From the NCBI GenBank assembly GCA_965223265.1, contig OZ244999.1:2848001-2912000 (forward strand): 64,000 bases of DNA, given 5' to 3'. This DNA comes from Planctomycetota bacterium. Its GTDB lineage: Bacteria > Planctomycetota > UBA8108 > SXIK01. Each line of letters begins with the position of its first letter. Position 1 is the first letter of the stretch. The translations under genes were made by a program, and so were the position numbers. This document shows, in pieces, positions 19,336 to 28,380 of the stretch. The notes under the pieces were generated by a model. The model was not told the DNA's origin and ran no database searches. It saw nothing but the letters and a program-made list of their open reading frames with translations.

Positions 19336-20094
19336 ATGGTGAAAAGTCTTCAGTATGAGCTGGAGCATGCGACAACCGAGCCCCAGGTGACGTCGCCGCA
19401 TCACGATTCACCGCTCTTCGTGCGCTGCACGCAGCGTTTGTTTCAGTCCTTCAGTCAGTTCGTGCTGAAGTTCTACTGCCCCATGCAGGTCGACGGCCGT
19501 GAGTACTTGCCCACGTCGCCGTTTCTGCTTTGCAGCAATCATAACAGTCACATGGACAGCCCCGTCCTCATGACTGCGTCTCGATTGCCGTTTTCGAGCT
19601 TTGGGATGCTGGCAGCGCGAGACTACTTCTTCGAGAATCGCACTCGCCGCGTCGGCTCGCAGATGATCATGAACCTCATTCCGATCGAACGCAACGCCAA
19701 CCGCAAGAGTATTCTGCAGTCCGTTGCTTCGTGTCAAAGTTTCATTCGCGCTGGCGGCCGCGGCTTGATCATTTACCCGGAAGGGACGCGGTCGACGACT
19801 GGCGTGCTGCGTGGCAAATTCAAGAAGGGGCCGGCGATTATCGCAGTCGAGCTCGGCCTGCCGATCGTGCCGGTCTATGTCTCGGGCACGAGCGCGGCGT
19901 GGGGTAAGGGCAAGCGATTCATGCGACCGCGACCCATTCGGGTGACCTTCGGCGCGCCCATCATGCCTGACGAGTTCGCAAGCGATGGGTTCGGGCAAGA
20001 CGGCGGCGGTGACGTGTCGCGCTTCGAAGCCTACCGAGCCATGACGGAGGAGCTCGAGAAGCGTGTGCGGGCCCTCAAACCCTCGGGCGATTGA
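19336..20094 (+). CDS. PlsC-like glycerolipid acyltransferase
   Basis: NHxxxxD (NHNSHMD), 'AARDYFF', 'YPEGTRS', 'FKKG', 'PIVPV'. Confidence 0.9.
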   Translation: MVKSLQYELEHATTEPQVTSPHHDSPLFVRCTQRLFQSFSQFVLKFYCPMQVDGREYLPTSPFLLCSNHNSHMDSPVLMTASRLPFSSFGMLAARDYFFENRTRRVGSQMIMNLIPIERNANRKSILQSVASCQSFIRAGGRGLIIYPEGTRSTTGVLRGKFKKGPAIIAVELGLPIVPVYVSGTSAAWGKGKRFMRPRPIRVTFGAPIMPDEFASDGFGQDGGGDVSRFEAYRAMTEELEKRVRALKPSGD

Positions 20095-21834
20095 GTGTCC
20101 GCGCCGACGCAGATGAAGTGGTGGGGTTGGGGCGACCCGGAGAAGGCGTTCGATCCGGCTGATAAGCCCTACCTGTGGCCGTTCATCGAGACGACACTCG
20201 GGATTTCTTCGCGGGCTCAGACGCCTCCGGTTCGCCTCGACGACATCGACATTCCCCCAAGCCGGTTGCACGAGACGGCGTTCAAGCACCTTCGCTCGGA
20301 GCTCGGCGACGAGCGAGTTTCGTCAGATGACTTCGATCGACTCCTGCACGCCTACGGTAAGAGTTTTCGAGATGTCTGGCGACTGCGCCATGGCATCGTC
20401 GACGTGGCTCCTGACTGCGTTGTCTATCCTGAAACGGAGCGCGACGTCGTCGCGGTTGTGACCGCGTCGCTCGAACACGAGTTCGTTGTGATCCCGTTCG
20501 GTGGCGGCTCGAACATTGCCGGCTGCGTTGAAGCGCGCGACACAGAGCGACCGATTGTCTCCGTCGACATGAAACGGCTGAAGCGGCTCCTGCAGGTTGA
20601 TGAAGAGTCGATGATCGCGCGGGTCGAGACAGGAGTGATGGGGCCTGATCTTGAGGCACAGCTCGCACCGCATCGTGTCACGCTGGGACACTTTCCCGAC
20701 TCGTTCGAGTACTCGACTCTCGGCGGCTGGATCGCAACGCGCTCTGCCGGCATGCAGAGCGATAAGTACGGTAAGATCGAAGACATGGTCATCGCCCTGC
20801 GAATGGTGACGCCGCAGGGGACGATCGCGACGCGGGAGGTGCCGAAATGCTCGAACGGCATCGACGTGAACCACCTTTGCATCGGCAGCGAGGGAATCCT
20901 CGGAATATTGTCCGAAGCGACCATGCAAGTTCATCGTCTGCCCGAGCGGCGGGAGGCGTACGGCTACCTCTTTCCCGACTTCGAGAGCGGTGTGCGGGCG
21001 ATTCGTCGCTGTGTCGAGGACGACTGCATGCCGGTTGTGACCCGATTGAACGACATCGGCAAGACGGCGCTTTCGTTCGCATTCAAGTCACCGTCGACTG
21101 GCTTCAAGACGGTGGCGAGCAAGGCCGTGAAGTCCTACTTGAGCAAGGTTCGTGGTTTTGACTTGCAGGCTTGCTGCCTCATGGTGACGATCCTCGAGGG
21201 CAGCGAACGCGATTTTCGTCGGCAGCGCCGCCGTGTCGAGCGCATCTACCGTGCGAGCGGTGGTGTGTGTCTGGGCACGGAGCCCGGCCGCTCTTTCGAA
21301 CGTGCGAAATACGACTTTCCGTATTTGCGCGATCACGTCATGGACCACAACATCATCGCCGACGTGAGCGAAACCTGCACCGTGTGGTCGAATCTCTTGC
21401 CCCTTTATGAGGGTGTTCGCAAGGCGATCGACAGCGCCATTCGTGACACCGGCCGGCAACCGTTTCTCGGTTGTCACGTCAGCCACACGTATCACACGGG
21501 CGCTAGCCTCTACTTCACGTTCGCCTGCGAAGGCGTGCCGGAGCGAGAGCTCGAGCAGTATCTCTACATCAAGAAAGCAGCGCAGGATGCATTCATCGCC
21601 GCCGGGGGCACGCTCTCGCACCACCACGCTGTCGGTTACGAGCACATGCCTTGGATCGAAGAGGATATTTCGCCCGCAGGCGTCGCCGCTGTGCGCGCTC
21701 TGAAGCGCGGCCTCGATCCCCGCGGCCTGATGAACCCGGGTAAGATCCTTCCCGGCGATGCGGCGCGGCGATTCGACGATTGGGGGTTCGGTGCGCAAAG
21801 TCAAGCTCGGTTCGACGAGCAGCGTGAGGCCTGA
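20095..21834 (+). CDS. Alkyl-dihydroxyacetonephosphate synthase (AGPS/ADPS)-like FAD oxidoreductase
   Basis: 'KWWGWG', 'PFGGGS', 'GHFPDSFEYSTLGGWIATRSAG...YGKIEDMV', 'GSEGILG', 'HVSHTYHTGASLYF', 'SHHHAVG', all matching eukaryotic AGPS motifs. Confidence 0.88.
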   Translation: MSAPTQMKWWGWGDPEKAFDPADKPYLWPFIETTLGISSRAQTPPVRLDDIDIPPSRLHETAFKHLRSELGDERVSSDDFDRLLHAYGKSFRDVWRLRHGIVDVAPDCVVYPETERDVVAVVTASLEHEFVVIPFGGGSNIAGCVEARDTERPIVSVDMKRLKRLLQVDEESMIARVETGVMGPDLEAQLAPHRVTLGHFPDSFEYSTLGGWIATRSAGMQSDKYGKIEDMVIALRMVTPQGTIATREVPKCSNGIDVNHLCIGSEGILGILSEATMQVHRLPERREAYGYLFPDFESGVRAIRRCVEDDCMPVVTRLNDIGKTALSFAFKSPSTGFKTVASKAVKSYLSKVRGFDLQACCLMVTILEGSERDFRRQRRRVERIYRASGGVCLGTEPGRSFERAKYDFPYLRDHVMDHNIIADVSETCTVWSNLLPLYEGVRKAIDSAIRDTGRQPFLGCHVSHTYHTGASLYFTFACEGVPERELEQYLYIKKAAQDAFIAAGGTLSHHHAVGYEHMPWIEEDISPAGVAAVRALKRGLDPRGLMNPGKILPGDAARRFDDWGFGAQSQARFDEQREA

Positions 21835-22695
21835 GTGAGCGAAAGCGCTGTGCCCAGCCGTGGTGGACCGTGCGGCGGCCAGGCCGTGGCCATCACCGGC
21901 GCTTCGTCCGGCCTCGGAGCGGCGCTCGCCGAAGAGTTCGCCCGGGCCGGCGCTGACGTAGCGCTCTTCGCACGCCGGCGGCCTGAGCTCGAGGCGGTTG
22001 CCGAGCGATGCCGCCGGCACGGAGCGCGTGCGGTCGTTGTCGCCGGCGACGTGACGCGTTACGAGGATTGCGAGCGACTGATCGAAGACGCCGCGGAGCA
22101 GCTTGGCGGCGTCGACTGCGTCGTCGCCAATTCAGGTATCAGCATGTGGGCGCGCTTCGATGAGGTGGAAGACATTTCCCTCTTCAAGCAGCTGATGGAC
22201 GTGAACTACCTTGGCGTTGTGCATACGGTGCACGCCGCGCTTCAGGCGCTCCTCAAAAGTCGTGGCATGATCGTCGTGGTTTCGTCCGTGCAGGGATGCG
22301 TCGGCGTGCCGTTTCACACGGGCTATGCTGCGAGTAAGTTCGCACTGCACGGATTCGTCGAGTCGCTGCGCCTTGAACTCGAGGGCACGGGTGTCGACAC
22401 CCTCATCGCCATGCCATATTGGATGCGCGGCACGGAACTCAGGGGAAGCGCCCTGTCGGCAAGCGGCGGCGAGGTAGGGACGGCGCGGCGCCAACACTCG
22501 CGCGGCGCCGTCGACGTCCAGGAGTGCGCGCGGCGCATTGTCGCGGCGACCGCGCGGCGTGAACGCCAGCTGACGATTCCCGGCAAGCTACGGTTTCTCC
22601 CGCTCCTCAAGGCGTTGGCGCCGCGGCTGACCGAGTCGATTGTGCGGCGCAAGATGCGGCGCGAGGATGCGCGAGGGCCGGCAGGAAGCGAGTGA
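21835..22695 (+). CDS. Short-chain dehydrogenase/reductase (DHRS7/7B-like)
   Basis: TGASSGLG, ANSG, catalytic S and YAASK; 'ARR' after beta2 suggests NADP(H). Starts at the base after the AGPS stop. Confidence 0.88.
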   Translation: MSESAVPSRGGPCGGQAVAITGASSGLGAALAEEFARAGADVALFARRRPELEAVAERCRRHGARAVVVAGDVTRYEDCERLIEDAAEQLGGVDCVVANSGISMWARFDEVEDISLFKQLMDVNYLGVVHTVHAALQALLKSRGMIVVVSSVQGCVGVPFHTGYAASKFALHGFVESLRLELEGTGVDTLIAMPYWMRGTELRGSALSASGGEVGTARRQHSRGAVDVQECARRIVAATARRERQLTIPGKLRFLPLLKALAPRLTESIVRRKMRREDARGPAGSE

Positions 22696-22855
22696 GGCTG
22701 GCACGTTCTCGGCGGAGCTGAAGAACGTCGGCTTCGACGCCCGGCGCGCGGCGCGGCGGGTGTGGCGATCGCATGATGCGCGCTAGCGCGAACACCAAGA
22801 GCGACGACGTCGACCGATCGCATCGGTGTCGATTCTGCCAGTTTTGGTCGCGCTC

Positions 22856-24034
22856 TCAGTCGTCGGCGTCGCCCGAGTCGCCTAAGACGTCCCCGGTTTC
22901 CGGCGGAGCAAGCTCATCGACGACAAAGTCAACCCGCTGACTGACGAGGACTCCGGGCTTGCTCGGGAGATAAAGCTCGACATCGGCGTACGAGACAAGA
23001 CGAGTTACAGGGTTCGAGGTGTAGAGTAGCTGTAGGCTGATGGTTTCGGGGCCTGAGACACCGAGGGCGGCCCGGTCTATGGCGACGCGTAGTCGCAGCT
23101 GTTGCGCTTGTTGAGGCTTAAACCCAAGGCCGTGGTTGGCGAGAACGGCCGCCTCCGGCGACGGATAGTACGGAATACCGTTGATCCACCAGCGAGCGAG
23201 AATGCGCCTGGCGGCGGCTGAGACTTCGACTCGCGAGGACGACGTGAGCAAAAGGTCTGGACCGTCGACCTTCAACTCGAGACCACTTGCGGGGACGTCG
23301 GCTCCGCTGAGGTTCCGAAGCTGGGGCAAGTGGGTCCGAGAGGCCTGAAGCGCCGCCTGCGTGGCTGAACGCGGGAAGGGTATGGTGCCGTTGCCCCAAC
23401 CGGGAAGGGCGATGCTTGAAGTGGGTCCCGAGACCTGGGCGGCCACAACTCCAGGTTGGGTTCCCTGGGTGATTCGGGTCTCGGCCGGTTCGAATGCTAT
23501 CCACGGATGTGACGGGTGCTCCTCAGCGTGGAGAACGAACTTGAGGATTTCTCGCTGCTCGGAGCTGATTCTGATGGTCTGCTCGCGCGCCTCTGTGACT
23601 GGCACGACGCGGAGAAACAGAAATGGTGGTGCGAGAGTTGAGGAATGCTGATGTATGCCACGGACGAACTGGTTCGAATCGTCGCTACCTGCGACTTCAA
23701 CGGTGAGGGGGCCGAACGGTTGTCCGCGGTTGTGGCGAAATTCATACGACCGAGGACCCTCAAACAGGCAGTAGAGGAGCACGCCAGAGTGAACGCGCGC
23801 ACTCGATGCCTCGACTCCGACGCGCACGCTGTGGCTGTCGCCGACTCGGATTGCCGGCTGGCGTAGAAGGTCGCCCCATGTCCGCACGACGGGGACGCCA
23901 TTCCACCAGTCGCGTAGCTCCACCCGCCGCACGTACGCCAGAGCTGCCGCCAGCAGCGCCGTCACGGTGAGCAGCATTGCCAGCAGCCGCTTCGGTCGGC
24001 GGCGTCCTGAGGGCTCCGATGCGCGCTCGGCCAA
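22856..24034 (-). CDS. Hypothetical membrane-anchored protein
   Basis: 392-aa ORF; basic N-terminus plus one TM (LLAMLLTVTALLAAALAYV), beta-rich remainder; no family recognised. Confidence 0.6.
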   Translation of the reverse strand: MAERASEPSGRRRPKRLLAMLLTVTALLAAALAYVRRVELRDWWNGVPVVRTWGDLLRQPAIRVGDSHSVRVGVEASSARVHSGVLLYCLFEGPRSYEFRHNRGQPFGPLTVEVAGSDDSNQFVRGIHQHSSTLAPPFLFLRVVPVTEAREQTIRISSEQREILKFVLHAEEHPSHPWIAFEPAETRITQGTQPGVVAAQVSGPTSSIALPGWGNGTIPFPRSATQAALQASRTHLPQLRNLSGADVPASGLELKVDGPDLLLTSSSRVEVSAAARRILARWWINGIPYYPSPEAAVLANHGLGFKPQQAQQLRLRVAIDRAALGVSGPETISLQLLYTSNPVTRLVSYADVELYLPSKPGVLVSQRVDFVVDELAPPETGDVLGDSGDADD

Positions 24035-24168
24035 CGTCCGTAAAGCCTTTCTTCGACATGGGTTGAGGATTCGAAGGATTTCGTTGAATGCTGCCTTGGT
24101 GGCGGGCGTCTATTCCGAGAAAAGCGACGCCAGATCACGGTGCAGCGAGCGACAGCTGCGCGTGGTTC

Positions 24169-24177
24169 TGCTAAAAT
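24169..24177 (+). promoter_or_regulatory. Extended -10 promoter candidate (TGcTAAAAT)
   Basis: TG-n-TAAAAT about 90 nt upstream of ATG 24268. Confidence 0.35.
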
Positions 24178-24267
24178 CAGGTCATCTTTCTCTTATTGTA
24201 GACTCCATATGACCGGCGGATTCAACTCAGTCGCATCGTTCCTTGGACGACGAAGGGGGATGATCCC

Positions 24268-26658
24268 ATGACGGGAATTCAAGTTCGATCGCATCGCGGC
24301 GCGTTCTATTTCGCGGTTTTCGCCGCGGCGCTGTTTCTGGCGAGTTTTGTGAGCGCGCCGGTCGAGGCGCAGCGCGCGCGATCGGGCGGTCGTTCTTCCG
24401 GCCGCAGCATGAGCCGGGGCTCGAGTTCCTCGAGCCGTAGCAGTGTGGGTCGCTCCCGCTCGTCCGGTCGCAGCGTCAGCCGTGGTTCTTCCGGCCGTAG
24501 CCGCAGCGTGAGCCGTGGTTCTTCCGGCCGCAGCCGTAGCGTCAGCCGCGGCTCCGCCGGCCGTTCGCGCGCCAGCACGGCGCGGGGCTCTTCGGGCTCG
24601 CGCTCCCGGAGTGCGGTTCGCTCCGGCGGACGGTCCTCCAGTCGATCGCGCCCGTCGGCCAGTGGGACGCGTTCACGCGGCTCGTCTGCAGCTGCGAGCC
24701 GCGGTACGCGTTCGCGGTCGTTTTCGAATCCTCGTGGCCGCGGTGGGGCAACACGATCCCGATCGTTTTCGCCGTCGGCGTCGCGTTCCCGTGGTTTGCC
24801 GTCGCGCTCTCGCTCTCTCGGTCGTTCGCGCCCGGCGAATCGCGGCTTACGTTCCTCACGTGGTGTGACGACGCGTTCGGGCGCGCGGGGAGTGTCACGT
24901 TCCGCCACCTCATCGCGCGCTCTGGGTCGCTCGAGCATTGGACGTAGCAGGATAGGTCGCAGCAGCAACCTCGGCCGTAGTCGCATCGGACGAAGCGTCC
25001 AGCGCGGCACCGGCGGCGCAGTGACGTCGAGATCGCGTGCAGTGGGGCAGCTAGCCCCCTGGAAGGTCGGTGCAACAAGGTCGACGTCAGGTCGCTCTCA
25101 GGTTGCCTCGCGCACGGACGTTTCGCGGCGCGGGATTTCGAGCCGCGCCAGCCAAGCACCATGGCGCGCAGGCACCTCCGTTGCCGCGCGGCAACAGGGG
25201 GCGCTTCGCAATCGCCTCGGTGCGCGCTCGTCAGGCGAGGCCGTGTCACGGACACGGGTTAGTTCAGGTACTGGCGGTGTTGCCTCGGTTGCGACGGGTA
25301 GCCGCAGCGGTACACGTCACCGCTTGCGCTCTGGTGTTCCGTATCTGAGCGAGTCTGCGACGCGTAGCGGTTCCGTACGATCGTTGACGGGCGGCCGTGG
25401 CGGCAACGTGCTGTCAAGTAGCGGTGCGATTTCGTCGCGAAGGGCAATTTCGTCCCGCTCCGCGGTGTCGAGCGCTTCGCTTGGGACGGCCGGGGCGAGC
25501 ACCGCGCTGCGTAGTTCCGCAGGCGTGACTTCGGGTGGCGTTCATTCAGCTGTCGTGCCCAGTCTCGATGCAGCGTCGACGTCAGCGCGCCATTTTTACC
25601 ACGGCCACCGTCGACATCATGGTGATCATCACGATTCCTATCATCACGCCTTCCATCATGGTTTCCACCATGGCCACCACCACCATTTTGGTCACTTCTA
25701 TGGCCACTATGGCTTCGCGCATCACTACCGTCACTATCACCACTTCGGCTATCCGTACTTCTCGTTCGGTATTTCTTTCGGATCACCGTACTACTACGCG
25801 GACGCCTTCTATCACGCCTACCACCACTATCCGTCACACTATTACCGCTACCATTACTGGCGCCCGGACGTCTACTACTACGCGTATCCTTACTACGCGC
25901 CCGTCTACGTCGCTTATCCTCACAACTACGCGTCCGACACGGTGGACTATGAGGTCGCCGAAGTCTCCTACGAGCCGCGGCGCGAAGTCGTACGGCCGCA
26001 GGAGTATGTCGAACCGAGCGACACGGGCGTCGTACCTGTGTCAGCGCCTTCAGACGCGAGCGCGGTAGCGAGTAGCGTCGGCCAAGGTGGCGAGGTCGTG
26101 ACCGACGCGCAGCGGAGTTTCGGACTCGGACTGCTGCACCTGCAGCGAGGCGACTTCAGCGCCGCCTCGGAGTCGTTCTATCTTGCCACGCTGGACGCTC
26201 CCGGAAGCGATCTGGCGAAGGTCGCCCTGGCGGTGAACCTGTTCGCGATCGCTGAGTATGAGCACGCCGCGGAATACTTAAGGGGCGCTCTTGCGGGGTG
26301 GGATGGTTTTCCGAATGCGGGCTTGGATTTGCGTAAATTCTATGGCGACACCGCAGCTTTGGCGCTGCACACACAGCGCTTGAGCGCGGCGCTTGAGCTG
26401 AATCCGTCCGACCGCGACGTGCGCCTCGTTTACGCCTTCGTACTTTTCCACAGCGGCGAGCGGGATGCTGCGGCTGCCCACTGGGACGCTCTCGACGACC
26501 TCCCCTCGAAGGATCCGGCGGAGGCGGCCGTGGTGGCGCGTTACCTAAGAACGTACGATGCCGCGGCGGCCTCGGAGGCCTCGTCTGTCAGTCCCGAGAT
26601 TCGGGCGTTTCTCGACGATCCTGACTTCGCCAAGGTGAGCGCACTGCCACTTGAGTAA
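24268..26658 (+). CDS. Secreted low-complexity protein: Arg/Ser/Gly tract, His/Tyr/Gly tract, C-terminal TPR domain
   Basis: Sec signal peptide ending VEA; ~400 aa R/S/G-rich; His/Tyr-rich segment ~25590-25930; TPR-like helices from ~26110. Confidence 0.75.
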   Translation: MTGIQVRSHRGAFYFAVFAAALFLASFVSAPVEAQRARSGGRSSGRSMSRGSSSSSRSSVGRSRSSGRSVSRGSSGRSRSVSRGSSGRSRSVSRGSAGRSRASTARGSSGSRSRSAVRSGGRSSSRSRPSASGTRSRGSSAAASRGTRSRSFSNPRGRGGATRSRSFSPSASRSRGLPSRSRSLGRSRPANRGLRSSRGVTTRSGARGVSRSATSSRALGRSSIGRSRIGRSSNLGRSRIGRSVQRGTGGAVTSRSRAVGQLAPWKVGATRSTSGRSQVASRTDVSRRGISSRASQAPWRAGTSVAARQQGALRNRLGARSSGEAVSRTRVSSGTGGVASVATGSRSGTRHRLRSGVPYLSESATRSGSVRSLTGGRGGNVLSSSGAISSRRAISSRSAVSSASLGTAGASTALRSSAGVTSGGVHSAVVPSLDAASTSARHFYHGHRRHHGDHHDSYHHAFHHGFHHGHHHHFGHFYGHYGFAHHYRHYHHFGYPYFSFGISFGSPYYYADAFYHAYHHYPSHYYRYHYWRPDVYYYAYPYYAPVYVAYPHNYASDTVDYEVAEVSYEPRREVVRPQEYVEPSDTGVVPVSAPSDASAVASSVGQGGEVVTDAQRSFGLGLLHLQRGDFSAASESFYLATLDAPGSDLAKVALAVNLFAIAEYEHAAEYLRGALAGWDGFPNAGLDLRKFYGDTAALALHTQRLSAALELNPSDRDVRLVYAFVLFHSGERDAAAAHWDALDDLPSKDPAEAAVVARYLRTYDAAAASEASSVSPEIRAFLDDPDFAKVSALPLE
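24469..24567 (+). repeat. In-frame 33-bp tandem repeat x3 encoding RSVSRGSSGRS-like units
   Basis: CGCAGCGTCAGCCGTGGTTCTTCCGGCCGTAGC and two degenerate copies. Confidence 0.75.
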
Positions 26659-26739
26659 AGCACTGTCGTTCGAGTAAAGCACTGTCGTTCGAGTAAAGCA
26701 CTGTCGTTCGAGTAAAGCACTGTCGTTCGAGTAAAGCAC
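26653..26739. repeat. Perfect 19-bp tandem repeat (GAGTAAAGCACTGTCGTTC) x4 plus 11-nt partial
   Basis: Units start at 26653, 26672, 26691, 26710 and 26729; the first unit contains the stop codon of the upstream gene; no spacers. Confidence 0.95.
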
Positions 26740-26839
26740 CGTGCCCGCCGAGTGCGTTTGCGTGCTTTTTCCCTCCTGCGCAGGCTCTGATCGTGGTCGA
26801 ATGATCGCTTGCTGCAAAAGTCGTCGGTGAGATTTGTCG

Positions 26840-27424
26840 TCATCGTTCGTCGCAGCCGTCGTCCGTTGAGCAGTGTGTGCAACCACCTTCACGCTCGAAT
26901 GTCGTGACGTTCCCCCGACGGTCGAAGTCGACATGACAGCAGGAGAGCAGAGTGGTTCTCAGCAACTCTCGGCCCCGTTGAACGCGCGATTTGGCTCCGG
27001 ACAAGGAGAGTCCGAGGCGCTCTCCGACGGCGCGCTGCGTTAGACCTTCGACTTCTGCTAGCTCCAATGCCTCACGGTATTTTTCCGGCAACGACGGGAG
27101 CATGGCGTGAAGACAGCTGCCGACTTGGTCGTTGAGGTCGGATTCCTCTTCGTTTTCATCCGCCTGCGGCTCGTGCTCGAGGGGTTCGAGTCTACGCCGG
27201 GTCCTGAAGTGGTCCGCCACCGTGTTACGTGCGACTCGGAACACCCATGCGACGAGCTTGCGGTCGTCCTCCAGCTCACCGAGCCCTTGGTGTACTCGCA
27301 CAAAGACCTCCTGAACTAGGTCAGCCGCAGTCTCGTCGTCGGCGACACGACGCCGAATGAAGGCGAGAAGGCTACGGCTGAGCTGTTCCCAAGCGTGTTC
27401 GGTCGAGGTGGGCATTTCAGTCAT
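26840..27424 (-). CDS. sigZ: ECF RNA polymerase sigma factor SigZ
   Basis: 'FIRRRV.D...ADLVQEVF', 'AWVFRVARN', 'LPEKYREAL', 'SLSGAKSRVQRGR', 'CC..DFDRRGN'; Cys-rich tail. Confidence 0.88.
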   Translation of the reverse strand: MTEMPTSTEHAWEQLSRSLLAFIRRRVADDETAADLVQEVFVRVHQGLGELEDDRKLVAWVFRVARNTVADHFRTRRRLEPLEHEPQADENEEESDLNDQVGSCLHAMLPSLPEKYREALELAEVEGLTQRAVGERLGLSLSGAKSRVQRGRELLRTTLLSCCHVDFDRRGNVTTFEREGGCTHCSTDDGCDER

Positions 27425-27438
27425 GATAGCATGGGGTC

Positions 27439-28101
27439 CTAGCAGCAGTCTGGACCACAGTTGCAAGCTGCTTCGCACGCCTCCTCGGTGGGATTCTGTC
27501 TGGACGAGACTTTGGCGCTGAAGAACCGTTTCAGGTTGTCGGGCACGTCGTCGGTTCCACCTTCCGGCGGAACGCTCTCCTCGCCTGAGAAGGACTCGGC
27601 GAGAATGGCATGCATGAGGAGAGGGACGGGCGCGGTCGTGTGCTTTTCTCCGTCCCAGTCCCACAGTCGGCATTCGACTCTCGTGGAACCGGAGCAGCAC
27701 AATTCGCCGCACTCGCCGCATTCGTTCGCTTCCCAGTCGGGCTGAACGTCGCGGCCATTGATGCGGACGGTCGGGGATATCTCCAACCTGTGCTTGCGAG
27801 CTTCTTCTTCGTTCTTCACGTGGACCTTCCGAAACGCCAGCTCGACGCCAACCTCGGCGAGTGTGGGCGAGAGCCGGTCGACCGCCGCCTTAAGACTGCC
27901 AGCCGTGCCGATACAGCGGCCGCAGGTCGTGAGATCGAGGTACAGAAACTCGACGGCAAGCGTGCGTTGCGTTCTCATAGATACTTTCCTTTCAATCGAT
28001 GGGCTCTCAGGAGCAAGGCAGCCGGTGAACAGCACTACGGGAACCAGTGCGACTCTCGTAGCGATCGAGGCGGGTCTGAACGACGACTGCTTGTTCCTCA
28101 T
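27439..28101 (-). CDS. DUF2703-like thioredoxin-fold, Cys-rich protein
   Basis: 'FLYLDLTTCGRCIGT', 'SPTVRINGRD', 'CGECGELCC...CRLW', C-terminal CNCGPDCC. Start could be 27978 (MRTQR) or 28101 (lipobox FTGC). Confidence 0.75.
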   Translation of the reverse strand: MRNKQSSFRPASIATRVALVPVVLFTGCLAPESPSIERKVSMRTQRTLAVEFLYLDLTTCGRCIGTAGSLKAAVDRLSPTLAEVGVELAFRKVHVKNEEEARKHRLEISPTVRINGRDVQPDWEANECGECGELCCSGSTRVECRLWDWDGEKHTTAPVPLLMHAILAESFSGEESVPPEGGTDDVPDNLKRFFSAKVSSRQNPTEEACEAACNCGPDCC

Positions 28102-28195
28102 GGCTTTGCCTCTCAGTCACGCCAGTCCGAATTGACTGGCTCTATCCATGCAGTCGGAGAAGTTGCGAAAAGGACGCAAAAAAGTTCGGAAGACG

Positions 28196-28380
28196 CTTTG
28201 GCGTCAATTTGCGGGCGCCGCCGAGGGAGCTGGACTCGAAGGCACTCACCCCCACACCCGCCGGCACGCTTGGGGATCTACGTCGCAAACCGAGGCTACG
28301 ACCTTCAGTTCACCCAAGAGCACCTCGGGCAATGCGACCCGAAGCACGCCGTCCACTCCGCCCGGGTTGCCGGGCAAGGA
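28196..28380 (+). pseudogene. Decayed C-terminal fragment of a FimB/FimE-like tyrosine recombinase
   Basis: 'AGLEGTHPHTRRHA' then a frameshift to 'GIYVANRGYDLQFTQEHLGQCDPKHAVHSARVA', matching box II HPHxLRH...LANxGxDLRxIQxYLGHxxxxHTxxY, with LGH->LGQ and Tyr->Ser. Confidence 0.75.

Noticed and set aside
22696-22720. Sigma54 -24/-12 promoter (TGGCAC)
   Set aside because: It lacks TTGC at -12; the other TGGCAC sites checked also fail.
26653-26739. CRISPR array, or tRNA/att site (contains GTTCGAGT, T-loop-like)
   Set aside because: Units are head-to-tail with no spacers and only 19 bp; no cas genes; no T-stem or cloverleaf around GTTCGAGT.
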